A stretch of 64,000 nucleotides of DNA from the sequence record DRR378314_166. The stretch is one strand, 5' to 3'. Positions 9,483-19,419 of the stretch are shown here, piece by piece. Position numbers and translations under genes: made by a program. How positions within the stretch are numbered: the first letter of the stretch is position 1; each line of letters starts with the position of its first letter. Under the pieces are notes generated by a model. It saw only the letters and a list, made by a program, of their open reading frames with translations, was not told the origin of the DNA and did not search any database.

Positions 9483-10378
9483 GGTGCGTTGAAAACCGGT
9501 TTCAGAGAAAAGAAAAGGGAAGGGTTTTTGCAAGCCTTCTTCCGGTTCTATTCCTACTAACGGTTTTCTTTTTAGGGGCCTTTGCAATGGCCTTCTTGCA
9601 GAGTTTTGGTTATGCACCTCAATATGGCATTCATGCTTTTCCCACACTGGTTTATTATGAGGACTTGTTTGCTGATTCCACTTTTTGGAGGAGCCTGGGG
9701 CTAACCTTCTATTACGCGTTGGTTCCGGCTGTTATTGGAATTGGGTTAAGTGTTGGATTGGCTCTATATCTAATACGTCATTTTAGATCAGATAGTTTTG
9801 CCCTTTTGCTTTATCAAATTCCAATGGTTCTCCCTTATTTGGTTGGGGTTAGTCTTGTTATTTTGCTGTTCGCCAACGGTGGATTGATCGCACGGCTTCT
9901 CTATTGGGTCGATTTGATCGACCAGCCTTCCGATTTTCCGCGGCTCTTAAATACCAGTGGTGGGGTGGGGATCATGATCGTGTATTTGTGGAAGCAGGTT
10001 CCGTTCATGACCTTGATGTTGTATTCAAACCTTTTGGTTCTCGGGCGTCAGGAGGAAGAGGGCGCTTATCTCCTGGGGGCCGGAAAATGGCAGATTTTCA
10101 GGCATATAACAGTACCAAAGCTGATGCCGTCTCTGGTTTCCGCTTCCTTGATCGTCTTTGCGTTTAATTTTGGCTCTTTTGAGGTGCCATATCTTCTGGG
10201 TTCAGGATTTCCAACCACGTTGCCTGTACAAGCCTGGCAATATTTTGATAGTCCAGATCTTTCCGATCGGCCCAAAGCCATGGCGATTGTGGTTGTGGTA
10301 AGCATTGTGTCTGCGTGTTGCCTGTTCTGTGCTCTTTATGCGTATCGGCGTTATGAGATTGCCCGGGGACGCTTATGA
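9479..10378 (+). CDS. ABC transporter permease
   Basis: Multiple hydrophobic segments, EAA-like loop EEGAYLLGAGKWQIF, FGSFEVPYLLG. Confidence 0.88.
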   Translation: MRCVENRFQRKEKGRVFASLLPVLFLLTVFFLGAFAMAFLQSFGYAPQYGIHAFPTLVYYEDLFADSTFWRSLGLTFYYALVPAVIGIGLSVGLALYLIRHFRSDSFALLLYQIPMVLPYLVGVSLVILLFANGGLIARLLYWVDLIDQPSDFPRLLNTSGGVGIMIVYLWKQVPFMTLMLYSNLLVLGRQEEEGAYLLGAGKWQIFRHITVPKLMPSLVSASLIVFAFNFGSFEVPYLLGSGFPTTLPVQAWQYFDSPDLSDRPKAMAIVVVVSIVSACCLFCALYAYRRYEIARGRL

Positions 10379-11205
10379 AAAGAGTTAAATATTTTTATGG
10401 GTTAATCCTGTTTTTAATCCTGGGGCCGTTTGTCCCTGTGATAATCTCCTCCGTAGCATTTCGATGGGCATGGCCGGATATGTTGCCCTCTCTTTGGTGG
10501 TGGGAACGGCGGGACCAAGTGCCTTTTCCGATTTCCTGGGACTATATATTCGATCCGGTCTCTCGTGTGTTGCCGGCAATTGGAAATACTGTTTTGATCG
10601 CTCTGTTGGTCACCATTTTATCTCTGGTGGTTTCACTGCCGGCGGCCCGGGCGATCGCACGATCTTCCTTTAAAGGCAAAAAGGTGATCGAGCTTTACCT
10701 CCTAACCCCGATCATTGTGCCAGAAATTGCCCTTGGCATCGGCATGTTGCTCATTTTCCTGCAACTTGGCTTGCATGGGTCGCTCATTGCTATTGCGATC
10801 GCTCATATGATCCCTGTTATTCCTTATATGACCCGTATTCTGATTACGATATACGGGGAATTGGATAAAGGAATGCTGGAGCAGGCCAATCTCCTCGCCC
10901 AAAACAGGTGGCAGGTATTTTGGCATGTTGAACGACCTATGATAGCGCCTGGTGTATTTGCCGCAGCCCTTTTTTCTGTCCTTATTTCCAGCAATATTTT
11001 TCTGCTGACTTTTTATATGGGAAAGGGTCAGGTTGAGACACTGGCAACGCTGTTATTTTCAAAATTGGCCGGTGGGGGGAGCCTTGACCCGGTTGCAGCA
11101 GCACTAACCTTGCTGATAACCCTGCCAGGTCTTCTGTGTCTTGCGTTGATCCAGGGGCGATACAAAAGAAAGGGTTTTGCCCCTAAGAGTTCTGGGTTTA
11201 AATAG
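10375..11205 (+). CDS. ABC transporter permease
   Basis: Hydrophobic segments, LEQANLL...WQVFWHV..P.IAPG EAA-like loop, ATGA overlap with the upstream gene. Confidence 0.88.
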   Translation: MKRVKYFYGLILFLILGPFVPVIISSVAFRWAWPDMLPSLWWWERRDQVPFPISWDYIFDPVSRVLPAIGNTVLIALLVTILSLVVSLPAARAIARSSFKGKKVIELYLLTPIIVPEIALGIGMLLIFLQLGLHGSLIAIAIAHMIPVIPYMTRILITIYGELDKGMLEQANLLAQNRWQVFWHVERPMIAPGVFAAALFSVLISSNIFLLTFYMGKGQVETLATLLFSKLAGGGSLDPVAAALTLLITLPGLLCLALIQGRYKRKGFAPKSSGFK

Positions 11206-11237
11206 ACGGAATGTTTAAACCCACAAGGTAAGTACTC

Positions 11238-12125
11238 ATGATTACCGTTTTTGGATCCATCAATATCGATCAGATATATCAGGTTGAAGCGTTTCCCGCA
11301 CCGGGGGAGACGGTGATCGGTAAAGGGTATATAGAAGTGCCTGGTGGAAAAGGAGCCAATCAGGCGATTGCCGCCCGCCGTTCCGGGGCTGAAGTCCGTA
11401 TGATCGGTTGCGTTGAACAATCTGCGCATCCTTTACCTGCCCTGGAATATCTGATTTCTGATGACGTTATTCTTGATGCAGTGCAGGTGGTGGCGCATCC
11501 AACAGGATCTGCCTCCATTTGGGTGAACGAAACGGGGGAGAATAGTATCATCGTCAATCCCGGTGCCAATCAGCACCTGAAGGCCGATTTGGTTTCAGAT
11601 GCGCATCTTTTGCAATCTTCATTTCTTCTCCTGCAAATGGAGGTTTCTTTAGTAGAAAACTGGGCGTTACTGGAGCGGGCTAAAAAACAGGGTGTCAAAA
11701 CAGTTCTCAATCTTGCGCCGGTTGGCCAGATCCCAGAAAAGATCCTTCACGATTTGGATTATTTGATCGTTAATGAAGGGGAAGCCAAAGCGCTTGCAGA
11801 TCTGATCGGCCTGGAATTTCGGGCGCCTCAGTCGTTTGTTTTGGAACTGAGGGAAATCTTTTCTCTGTGCACTGTCTTGACAATGGGGGAGAAGGGGGTG
11901 GTTACGGTAGATGCTGGTGAGGTAATTGAAATTCCGGCTAGAAACATTGTTGCTAAGGACACGACCGCAGCCGGTGATAGTTTCATTGGAGCTTTGTTTT
12001 CAGCATTAAGCTTGGGCTGCTCTTTTACTGAGGCCCTTTCATATGCGGTTCTTTTTGCGGGTGAGACTTGTACGCGTATTGGTGCTCAAAGCAGCATTCC
12101 GTATAAAACGGACTTGAAAATCTAA
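11238..12125 (+). CDS. rbsK: Ribokinase (PfkB family)
   Basis: GSINID, PGGKGANQA, VNEGE, DTTAAGDSF. The substrate is not certain. Confidence 0.8.
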   Translation: MITVFGSINIDQIYQVEAFPAPGETVIGKGYIEVPGGKGANQAIAARRSGAEVRMIGCVEQSAHPLPALEYLISDDVILDAVQVVAHPTGSASIWVNETGENSIIVNPGANQHLKADLVSDAHLLQSSFLLLQMEVSLVENWALLERAKKQGVKTVLNLAPVGQIPEKILHDLDYLIVNEGEAKALADLIGLEFRAPQSFVLELREIFSLCTVLTMGEKGVVTVDAGEVIEIPARNIVAKDTTAAGDSFIGALFSALSLGCSFTEALSYAVLFAGETCTRIGAQSSIPYKTDLKI

Positions 12126-12348
12126 TTAAGAATTATATGATTCGCTTCAATTTTTTGGTTTATTTGTCGATTTTCAATTCTCGGATACCCTTAAGACATA
12201 AATTTTTTTGATAAAAAATCATATTTTATACAGTTTTTTCGCGCATATAGCCTCTTTTCCATATAAAACCATAATTATGACTATTGTATTATATTATAAA
12301 AATATTATAGAAGTTGTGTGGGGTATAAATTATTTTTTGGGGGCTAAA

Positions 12349-13155
12349 ATGTTTGTTTTTGGTCATATTGATAGAACATATCCAAGATCAGGAATTCACG
12401 GTCGTGTTGTGCATGAACTGGGGCGGGAGATTGTCAACGGTGGTTTTGAGCAGGGGCAGCGCTTGCCTACTGAAAACGAGTTTTTAAAACGGTTTAATGG
12501 TAGCCGAACTGCGATCCGAGAAGCCTTTAAGGTGCTAACGGCGAAGGGACTACTGGAAGCTAAACAGCGTTCAGGAACGATTGTTCGCTCTCGGCAGTTC
12601 TGGAATTTGTGGGATCCCGATATCTTGATGTGGCACGAACCTCGGACATTATCTATGCTGCAGGTGAAACAATTGATGCAGCTTCGCTTGATCGTTGAGC
12701 CTGAAGCCGCTCGTTTGGTCGCCGCTTCGAACCGGGATGATATTGGCTATAATCCAGTTGAAAAGTCTTTTATTTTAATGGAACGAGCATGGGAAGAGGG
12801 AAATCTTCTCAGAGCCTGGGAGGCAGAACTCGCCTTTCATTGTTATTTGCTGGAAGGGTGCGGAAATGAATTTTTGTCGCGCGCCAAAGAGCCGATTAAA
12901 CTCTCCATCCGGCATTGTCAGGAAAAGCGCCAGGATTATTCTGAAAGTATCAAGGGAAGTGGCCGTTGGTATTGTATGATTGTCGAAAAAATTAAGGCTG
13001 GAGATGGCGAAGGCGCCTCAAATGGGATCAAGTCACTTATCCAGCGGGATATCGAGCTTCTTTTCAGTCGACAAAAGAATGGCCCCTTAAAAAAGGGACC
13101 ACAACTTATAGATCTAAATCACGCTAAAACTAGTCCAGTTTTGTCTCAGAATTGA
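12349..13155 (+). CDS. GntR family, FadR subfamily transcriptional regulator
   Basis: wHTH LPTE...SRTAIREAFKVL..KGL, WNLWDPDIL, and an FCD region LRLIVEP...FH. Start moved to ATG 12349. Confidence 0.88.
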   Translation: MFVFGHIDRTYPRSGIHGRVVHELGREIVNGGFEQGQRLPTENEFLKRFNGSRTAIREAFKVLTAKGLLEAKQRSGTIVRSRQFWNLWDPDILMWHEPRTLSMLQVKQLMQLRLIVEPEAARLVAASNRDDIGYNPVEKSFILMERAWEEGNLLRAWEAELAFHCYLLEGCGNEFLSRAKEPIKLSIRHCQEKRQDYSESIKGSGRWYCMIVEKIKAGDGEGASNGIKSLIQRDIELLFSRQKNGPLKKGPQLIDLNHAKTSPVLSQN

Positions 13156-13780
13156 TCCTAAAGGCAGGATGGATTGCATCCATCCTGCTGATATCCACTT
13201 TCAAATCTCTAAGCAGGCCGTCTTTCAGGCCGTAAATCCAGCCATGAACAGTCAGGTTCTTTCCATTTCGCCAGGCTTTTTGAACGATGGATGTATTGGC
13301 GACATTTTGAACCTGGTTCATCACATTCAATTCGCATAGACGATCAACCCGCTCATCAATATCTTCAATCGCCATAAGTTCATCATAATGTTCTTGGATC
13401 ACCACTTTTATGTTGGCAAGCCAATAGTCGATCTGCCCAAGTCCTTTATCATCAAGAGCCGCGCGGACACCGCCACAATTATAATGGCCCGTGACACTGA
13501 TATGTTCCACACCCAACACTTCGACAGCAAACTGGATGACAGAAAGGCAGTTTACATCACTATTTGGAACCACATTGGCAACATTTCGATGGACAAACAA
13601 TTCGCCGGGTTGCATGCCGACAATTTCGTTCGCCGGAACTCGGCTATCCGAACATCCAATCCATAAATAGTTGGGTGTTTGTATATCCACTAGCTTCGCG
13701 AAGAAATGTTCGTCTTCCGCTAGTTTTTGATTTGCCCAATCGACATTCTGCCGAAAGAGATCCTCAGGAGTTGGTTTCAT
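13130..13780 (-). CDS. can: Beta-class carbonic anhydrase
   Basis: WIGCSDSRVP, FVHRNVAN, GHYNCGGV (Zn ligands), HGWIYGL.DG.L. Confidence 0.95.
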   Translation of the reverse strand: MKPTPEDLFRQNVDWANQKLAEDEHFFAKLVDIQTPNYLWIGCSDSRVPANEIVGMQPGELFVHRNVANVVPNSDVNCLSVIQFAVEVLGVEHISVTGHYNCGGVRAALDDKGLGQIDYWLANIKVVIQEHYDELMAIEDIDERVDRLCELNVMNQVQNVANTSIVQKAWRNGKNLTVHGWIYGLKDGLLRDLKVDISRMDAIHPAFRINSETKLD

Positions 13781-13881
13781 GTCTAGCCCTCATCCATCAA
13801 TTCCAAACTATGTTGCTGGAGATACATACTACCCATTAGAAATTTTTCAAGCTGTATTGGGGTTTTTAAGGATGACTTTAA

Positions 13882-13922
13882 ATGATACAAAATAATTTGA
13901 TTTTTATAGAAAAATGTATCAT
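13882..13922. promoter_or_regulatory. PaaX-type operator candidate ATGATACA-N25-TGTATCAT
   Basis: Perfect 8-bp inverted repeat with a long spacer just upstream of paaA, resembling GATACA...TGTATC PaaX operators. Confidence 0.6.
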
Positions 13923-13967
13923 AAAAGAAAAATCGAACATAAAAGTGTGTGGAGACTGGGTGATATT

Positions 13968-14930
13968 ATGTCTGAGCAATCACTGACTGAGCTTGAAGAA
14001 GCGTTCCAGAAAAAAGTAGATGCTGAAATCCGGATCGAGCCTAAAGACTGGATGCCGGATGCATACCGGAAAACACTGATCCGTCAGATGTCGCAGCATG
14101 CTCATTCTGAAGTTGTCGGGATGTTGCCAGAAGGAAACTGGCTGACACGAGCGCCGTCTTTGAAGCGTAAAGCTGTTTTAATGGCAAAAATTCAGGACGA
14201 AGGTGGTCATGGATTGTATCTGTATAGCGCGACGGAAACATTGGGGATTTCCCGCGATGAGATGTATGAGCAGTTACACAGCGGAAAAGCAAAATATTCC
14301 TCGATTTTTAATTATCCAACCTTGAACTGGGCCGATATCGGGGCGATCGGCTGGCTGGTAGATGGCGCTGCCATAACCAATCAGATCGCACTCTGCCGTT
14401 GCTCTTACGGCCCTTATGCAAGGGCCATGGTGAAAGTCTGTAAAGAGGAAAGTTTCCATCAACGTCAGGGCTATGAGCTTATGATGGTTATGGCGAACGG
14501 CACCAAAGAGCAGAAAGAAATGGCTCAGGATGCGTTGGATAGGTGGTGGTGGCCAGCCCTTATGATGTTTGGGCCGCATGATAAAAATAGTAATCACAGC
14601 AGCCAAAGCATGACCTGGAAAATTAAACGATCTTCGAATGATGAACTGCGTCAGCGCTTTATTGACGCGACCGTCCCGCAAGCGGAATATCTTGGATTGA
14701 CGATCCCGGATGACAAACTGGCTTGGAACGAAGAGACACAAAGTTATGACTGGGGCGAGATCGATTGGGATGAATTTAAAAGCGTGGTGGCAGGTAACGG
14801 TTTGTGTAACCGCGAGCGGCTGCAAACCCGCAGAGACGCCCATGACGGCGGAAAGTGGGTTCGGGATGCGGCTCTTGCCTATGCCGAAAAGAAACGTAAA
14901 CGTCAGCAGGCCGCGCAACAGGCTGCCTGA
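13968..14930 (+). CDS. paaA: 1,2-phenylacetyl-CoA epoxidase subunit A
   Basis: [35 protein letters not shown]. Start moved to ATG 13968. Confidence 0.97.
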   Translation: MSEQSLTELEEAFQKKVDAEIRIEPKDWMPDAYRKTLIRQMSQHAHSEVVGMLPEGNWLTRAPSLKRKAVLMAKIQDEGGHGLYLYSATETLGISRDEMYEQLHSGKAKYSSIFNYPTLNWADIGAIGWLVDGAAITNQIALCRCSYGPYARAMVKVCKEESFHQRQGYELMMVMANGTKEQKEMAQDALDRWWWPALMMFGPHDKNSNHSSQSMTWKIKRSSNDELRQRFIDATVPQAEYLGLTIPDDKLAWNEETQSYDWGEIDWDEFKSVVAGNGLCNRERLQTRRDAHDGGKWVRDAALAYAEKKRKRQQAAQQAA

Positions 14931-14944
14931 GCTAGGGAAAAACA

Positions 14945-15247
14945 ATGACTGATACATCAGCAACACAAAATGAGCTGCCGCTATATGAAGTTTTCGTGCG
15001 CAGTAAAAATGGCCTGCATCATAAGCATGTGGGAAGCTTACATGCATCCGACGATGAAATGGCGTTGACAAATGCCCGGGACGTTTACACCCGTCGCAGC
15101 GAAGGCGTTAGCATCTGGGTTGTCAAAACATCAGATGTTGTGGCGTCCAGCCCTGACGACAAGGGATCGTTTTATGAGCCGAACGATAACAAAATGTATC
15201 GTCATCCAACATTTTATGAGATCCCCGACGAAGTCGGCCATATGTGA
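14945..15247 (+). CDS. paaB: 1,2-phenylacetyl-CoA epoxidase subunit B
   Basis: LYEVFVR..GL.H.HVGSLHA, ARDVYTRR.EGVSIWVV, YRHPTFY. Confidence 0.97.
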   Translation: MTDTSATQNELPLYEVFVRSKNGLHHKHVGSLHASDDEMALTNARDVYTRRSEGVSIWVVKTSDVVASSPDDKGSFYEPNDNKMYRHPTFYEIPDEVGHM

Positions 15248-15264
15248 GCCGAAGGGGCTATGTC

Positions 15265-16026
15265 ATGACACAAGAACAGGATTATTTGTTCCAATATCTT
15301 TTAAGGTTGGGTGATAACTGCGTTATTCTTTCCCATCGACTCGCCGAATGGTGCGGCCGTTCACCGGTTTTGGAAGAAGAGCTGGCGCTGATGAATGTGG
15401 GATTGGATCTATTGGGTCAAGCGCGCCTTCTTCTGGATCATGCCGGAAAAGTCGAAGGCAAAGATCGCGATGAAGACAAACTTGCTTTCTTCCGCGACAC
15501 ACAGGAATGGCGGAACCTGTTATTGGTTGAACAGCCCAACGGTGATTTTGCCAAAACCATGGCCCGTCAAGTGATGTTTGATTGTTTCCAGTCCCTGCAG
15601 TTTGACGCCTTGCTCCAGTCCTCAGATAAAACCCTGTCTGAGATTGCGGCAAAATCTGTGAAAGAAATCGACTATCATAAGCGGCATAGCGCTGACTGGG
15701 TGATCCGTTTGGGCGATGGAACCGAGGAAAGCCATCAACGCATGCAGGAAGCCTTTGAAAGCCTTTGGGGATATGTTCCCGAAATGTTTGATATGGATGA
15801 GGTCGAGGAGGCTATGGTGAGCGCTGGTATCGGAGTTGATCTACAAGCTCTGAAACCCAAGTGGGATGCTATGATCAACGATATTCTGCAAGAGGCGACC
15901 CTTGAACGTCCGGAGGATACCTGGGCGGTTAGAGGCAGCCGCGAAGGTAAGCATTCCGAACATCTAGGGTATCTGCTTGCCGAAATGCAGTTCCTGCCGC
16001 GTGCCTATCCGGATGCTAATTGGTAG
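15265..16026 (+). CDS. paaC: 1,2-phenylacetyl-CoA epoxidase subunit C
   Basis: LRLGDN..ILSHRL.EW, EQPNGDFA, RLGDGTEES, HSEHLGYLLAEMQFL.RAYP..W. Confidence 0.96.
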   Translation: MTQEQDYLFQYLLRLGDNCVILSHRLAEWCGRSPVLEEELALMNVGLDLLGQARLLLDHAGKVEGKDRDEDKLAFFRDTQEWRNLLLVEQPNGDFAKTMARQVMFDCFQSLQFDALLQSSDKTLSEIAAKSVKEIDYHKRHSADWVIRLGDGTEESHQRMQEAFESLWGYVPEMFDMDEVEEAMVSAGIGVDLQALKPKWDAMINDILQEATLERPEDTWAVRGSREGKHSEHLGYLLAEMQFLPRAYPDANW

Positions 16027-16036
16027 GAGCCAGAGG

Positions 16037-16534
16037 ATGGCAATACCAGATCCCATTTATACTGTAGAGGCCGTCAGTCACGTTCTTGAACTGGTCAAAG
16101 ATCCAGAGATACCGGTGCTGTCCATTGCTGACATGGGGATAATCAATTCCATTGCGGCAGATGAAGGGGCGGTCACTGTACGGATAACGCCGACTTATTC
16201 AGGCTGTCCGGCAATGGATCAAATTTCCGCTGATATCAATACAACGTTACAACTGCACGGATACAGGGGTATTGCGGTTGAAACTGTTTTATCTCCGGCC
16301 TGGACAACGGATTTCATCACCGAGAAAGGGCGCCAGCAACTTTTTGACTATGGCATCGCCCCGCCGCTCAAAGGTGCAGGGAAAGCATCTTTGCTCAGCG
16401 GGGAGGCTATTAAATGCCCTCAATGCGGATCAACTGATACGGAACAGATCAGTCAGTTTGGATCTACCGCCTGTAAAGCGCTATATAAGTGCAAAAGTTG
16501 CGCAGAACCGTTCGATTATTTCAAGTGTGTATAG
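16037..16534 (+). CDS. paaD: Phenylacetyl-CoA epoxidase subunit D
   Basis: DPEIPVLSI, TPTYSGCPA, PAWTTD, CPQC...FGSTACKALY.C..C.EPFDYFK. Confidence 0.95.
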   Translation: MAIPDPIYTVEAVSHVLELVKDPEIPVLSIADMGIINSIAADEGAVTVRITPTYSGCPAMDQISADINTTLQLHGYRGIAVETVLSPAWTTDFITEKGRQQLFDYGIAPPLKGAGKASLLSGEAIKCPQCGSTDTEQISQFGSTACKALYKCKSCAEPFDYFKCV

Positions 16535-16548
16535 GATAAGAAAAAAGC

Positions 16549-17628
16549 ATGACTGTATTTCACAGCCTGAAAATATCTGATGTTGTCAGGGAGACATCAG
16601 ACGCCGTTTCAGTTGAATTCCAGGTTCCACAGGAGCTGCAAGCAGAGTACCTGTATTTACAGGGCCAGCATTTGACCTTGAAGACGGATATCAACGGCGA
16701 AGAACTCCGGCGTTCCTATTCCATTTGCAGTTCGGTTGGAGAGCAAAGATTGAAAGTTGCCATTAAACAGATTGATGGTGGGCAGTTTTCTTCTTTTGCC
16801 AACAGGTCCTTGCAGGCTGGAGACGCGTTGGATGTCATGATCCCACAGGGACGTTTCTTCACGGAGCTGGATGCGGACAATCGTAAAAATTATCTGCTAA
16901 TTGCGGCTGGTAGCGGGATTACGCCGATTGTCTCTATCCTGAAATCGGTACTAGAGACAGAGCCGAATAGTCAAGTCACCTTGATTTATGGAAATCGGTC
17001 TGTGTCCAGCATTCTGTTTTTGGAAACCTTGGAGGATTTGAAAAATCGATATAAAGAACGCTTTAATCTGATCTATATTTTAAGCCGAGAGCCTCAGGAT
17101 TGTGCAATTTTCAATGGGCGTATCACGGCTGAAAAATGTGATGAGTTGTTCAAAGGGCCATTAAGTGCCGCAAAATATGAAGAGGCTTTTCTGTGCGGTC
17201 CGGAGGAAATGATTATGTCCTGCCGGGAATATTTGCAAACTGTGGGGCTTGATCCCTCGAATATTCATTTTGAGCTGTTTGTCACGGATGCATCTATTGC
17301 GGCGTCTCAAGCGGGGGACCGGAAGATCCCTGAAGCATCAGGTCCTCAGCACTCGGTCCAGGTGGTTATGGATGGTCGAACAACTGAGATAAAAATTCCA
17401 GAAGATGGCGTGTCCATTCTGGATGCTGCATTGGCCGCGAATATGGATGTCCCATTTGCATGTAAGGGCGGCGTTTGTTGTACATGCCGTGCGAAGGTTG
17501 TGCAGGGCGAGGTTCGAATGGACGTTAATTATGCGCTCGAAGAGGATGAAGTTGAGGAAGGTTTTGTTCTGACCTGTCAGTCTCATCCCTTAACCGATGA
17601 TGTCGTTGTGGATTTTGATCAGCAATAG
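16549..17628 (+). CDS. paaE: Phenylacetyl-CoA epoxidase reductase subunit E
   Basis: RRSYSICS, AAGSGITP, LCGP, and a C-terminal 2Fe-2S motif PFACKGGVCCTC...LTCQ. Confidence 0.96.
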   Translation: MTVFHSLKISDVVRETSDAVSVEFQVPQELQAEYLYLQGQHLTLKTDINGEELRRSYSICSSVGEQRLKVAIKQIDGGQFSSFANRSLQAGDALDVMIPQGRFFTELDADNRKNYLLIAAGSGITPIVSILKSVLETEPNSQVTLIYGNRSVSSILFLETLEDLKNRYKERFNLIYILSREPQDCAIFNGRITAEKCDELFKGPLSAAKYEEAFLCGPEEMIMSCREYLQTVGLDPSNIHFELFVTDASIAASQAGDRKIPEASGPQHSVQVVMDGRTTEIKIPEDGVSILDAALAANMDVPFACKGGVCCTCRAKVVQGEVRMDVNYALEEDEVEEGFVLTCQSHPLTDDVVVDFDQQ

Positions 17629-17715
17629 AAAAGAAGTCCTGAGCGCCAGATCATCTAGTTACAAACCCCCTCTACATCCTTAAGATACTCGGCAACATCA
17701 GATGAGGGGGATAGG

Positions 17716-19395
17716 GTGACAGAGCAGAAGGCAAATGCTGCAATTTTTTATGAAGTTGACGGTTTTAAAACAACCGGTGAGCGGTTGCTCGGACGGCAGG
17801 CGGCGGGGGAGAGTTTTTTAAAGGGCTTTACCCGTGCCATGTCCGGTCAAACCTTATATTGTTATGCTGACCATCCACAAAAATTTGAAACTTTTCAGCA
17901 GCAAGTTGCAGATTATGCTGGCAAAACTGTTCCGACAGGGTGGATAAGTCCGCTTTCTCTTCAAAAAATGGCGGAGCCCGGATGTCTTTTTTATTCTGGG
18001 CCCGGGCTTGAAGATATGGCTTGGCAACGACGTTACATCTCTCCGTCCCATTTTAGCATTTGCGGCATCACCCATACGACATGTTCAAAAGAGGCAATGA
18101 CAGCTTTTGGTGGTCTCCTAACAGGTCCCTTGGAAGAGTGGGATGCGCTTATCTGTACCTCTCAATCAGCGAAGCAGACTGCCCAGCGAACGATGGAAAG
18201 GTATGGCGAATATTTGTCCCGTCGTGCTGGCGGCCAATTTGAGCCGCGGCTCCAACTGCCTGTCATTCCGCTTGGGATTAACTGCGATGATTTTGAAAAA
18301 ACAACAGAGAGTGACGCCTACGCAAAAGCCTTTCGCGAACAGTATCAGATCGAAGATGATGCAATTGTGTTCTTGTATGTCGGGCGTCTTGCCTCCCATG
18401 CCAAAGCGCATCCTTTACCTATGTATCAGGCCCTTGAAAAGGCGGCTGAGCAGACCTCTAAAAAAATTCATCTTATTCAGGCAGGCTGGTTTGCAAATAC
18501 GGCAATTGAACAACAGTTCAAAGCGGGGGCGCAAACATTCTGCCCCTCTGTAACCTGCCATTTTATAGATGGTCGTGATCTTCAGGTCAGGCGGCATATC
18601 TGGTTTGTTGCCGATATTTTTACAAGCTTGTCTGACAATATTCAGGAAACCTTCGGCATCACGCCGGTAGAGGCCATGGCCGCGGGTCTTCCGGTGGTTG
18701 TGACAGACTGGGACGGATACAGGGAAACTGTTCGGGGTGGCGTTGATGGGTTTTTTGTAAGAACAACAATGCCGTCTCCGGGTAGCGGGTTGCCGCTTGC
18801 CTATCGATATCATTCGGGGGTGGATCATTATGATCGGTATGTGGGGCAGGTCAGCCTGTTTACTCATGTCGACAGCCAGCATTGCGCCCAGCAATATCTG
18901 AGGTTAATTGAAGACGCGGATCTTCGCCGCGACATGGGGCAATCCGGAAAGGTCCGTGCGCGCACTGATTTTGATTGGTCTAGTCTGGTGCCACGCTATC
19001 AGGATCTTTGGGGTGACTTGCAAAGTCGGCGTCAGGCAGCGTTACCTATCTTGGAAAAGGATAAGTCCCTTATGCCCTTAATGGATGATCCTTTTGTTTC
19101 GTTTGAGCATTACTCGACGGAGAGCATAACAAGCATCACAGAGATTGCTCTTGTCGATGGCGCGGCGGAAAGGTTGCTAACGGTGTTGAACGATCCTTTG
19201 GGAAATGGCGTTCATCATTTGCTGCCTAAAGTTGAAAAATTGCAGGCCATATTGAACCATTTGGAAGACAAAGGACCTGATACTATTGGTAATATTGCAC
19301 GCTTCTTTGATTTGAAACCAAAGGCCATGATCCTGTACGCGGGTTGGCTTGCTAAAACCAATCTGGTGCTAATTCTAAGGCAGCAAGCAGATTAG
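17716..19395 (+). CDS. Glycosyltransferase family 4 protein
   Basis: GT-B motifs VIPLG, YVGRL, ETFGITPVEAMAAGLPVVVTDWDGY.E.V. Confidence 0.88.
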   Translation: MTEQKANAAIFYEVDGFKTTGERLLGRQAAGESFLKGFTRAMSGQTLYCYADHPQKFETFQQQVADYAGKTVPTGWISPLSLQKMAEPGCLFYSGPGLEDMAWQRRYISPSHFSICGITHTTCSKEAMTAFGGLLTGPLEEWDALICTSQSAKQTAQRTMERYGEYLSRRAGGQFEPRLQLPVIPLGINCDDFEKTTESDAYAKAFREQYQIEDDAIVFLYVGRLASHAKAHPLPMYQALEKAAEQTSKKIHLIQAGWFANTAIEQQFKAGAQTFCPSVTCHFIDGRDLQVRRHIWFVADIFTSLSDNIQETFGITPVEAMAAGLPVVVTDWDGYRETVRGGVDGFFVRTTMPSPGSGLPLAYRYHSGVDHYDRYVGQVSLFTHVDSQHCAQQYLRLIEDADLRRDMGQSGKVRARTDFDWSSLVPRYQDLWGDLQSRRQAALPILEKDKSLMPLMDDPFVSFEHYSTESITSITEIALVDGAAERLLTVLNDPLGNGVHHLLPKVEKLQAILNHLEDKGPDTIGNIARFFDLKPKAMILYAGWLAKTNLVLILRQQAD

Positions 19396-19419
19396 GTGCA
19401 GGGGAGCAAATTACGTTGT

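Noticed and set aside
13080-13155. Convergent overlap of the FadR and carbonic anhydrase genes, with a hairpin at 13080-13101
   Set aside because: Short tail-to-tail overlaps are common (also at 32160-32177 and 40612-40615); the hairpin is probably the can terminator.
14274-15071. 265-aa minus-strand ORF
   Set aside because: Antisense to the highly conserved paaA/paaB genes.
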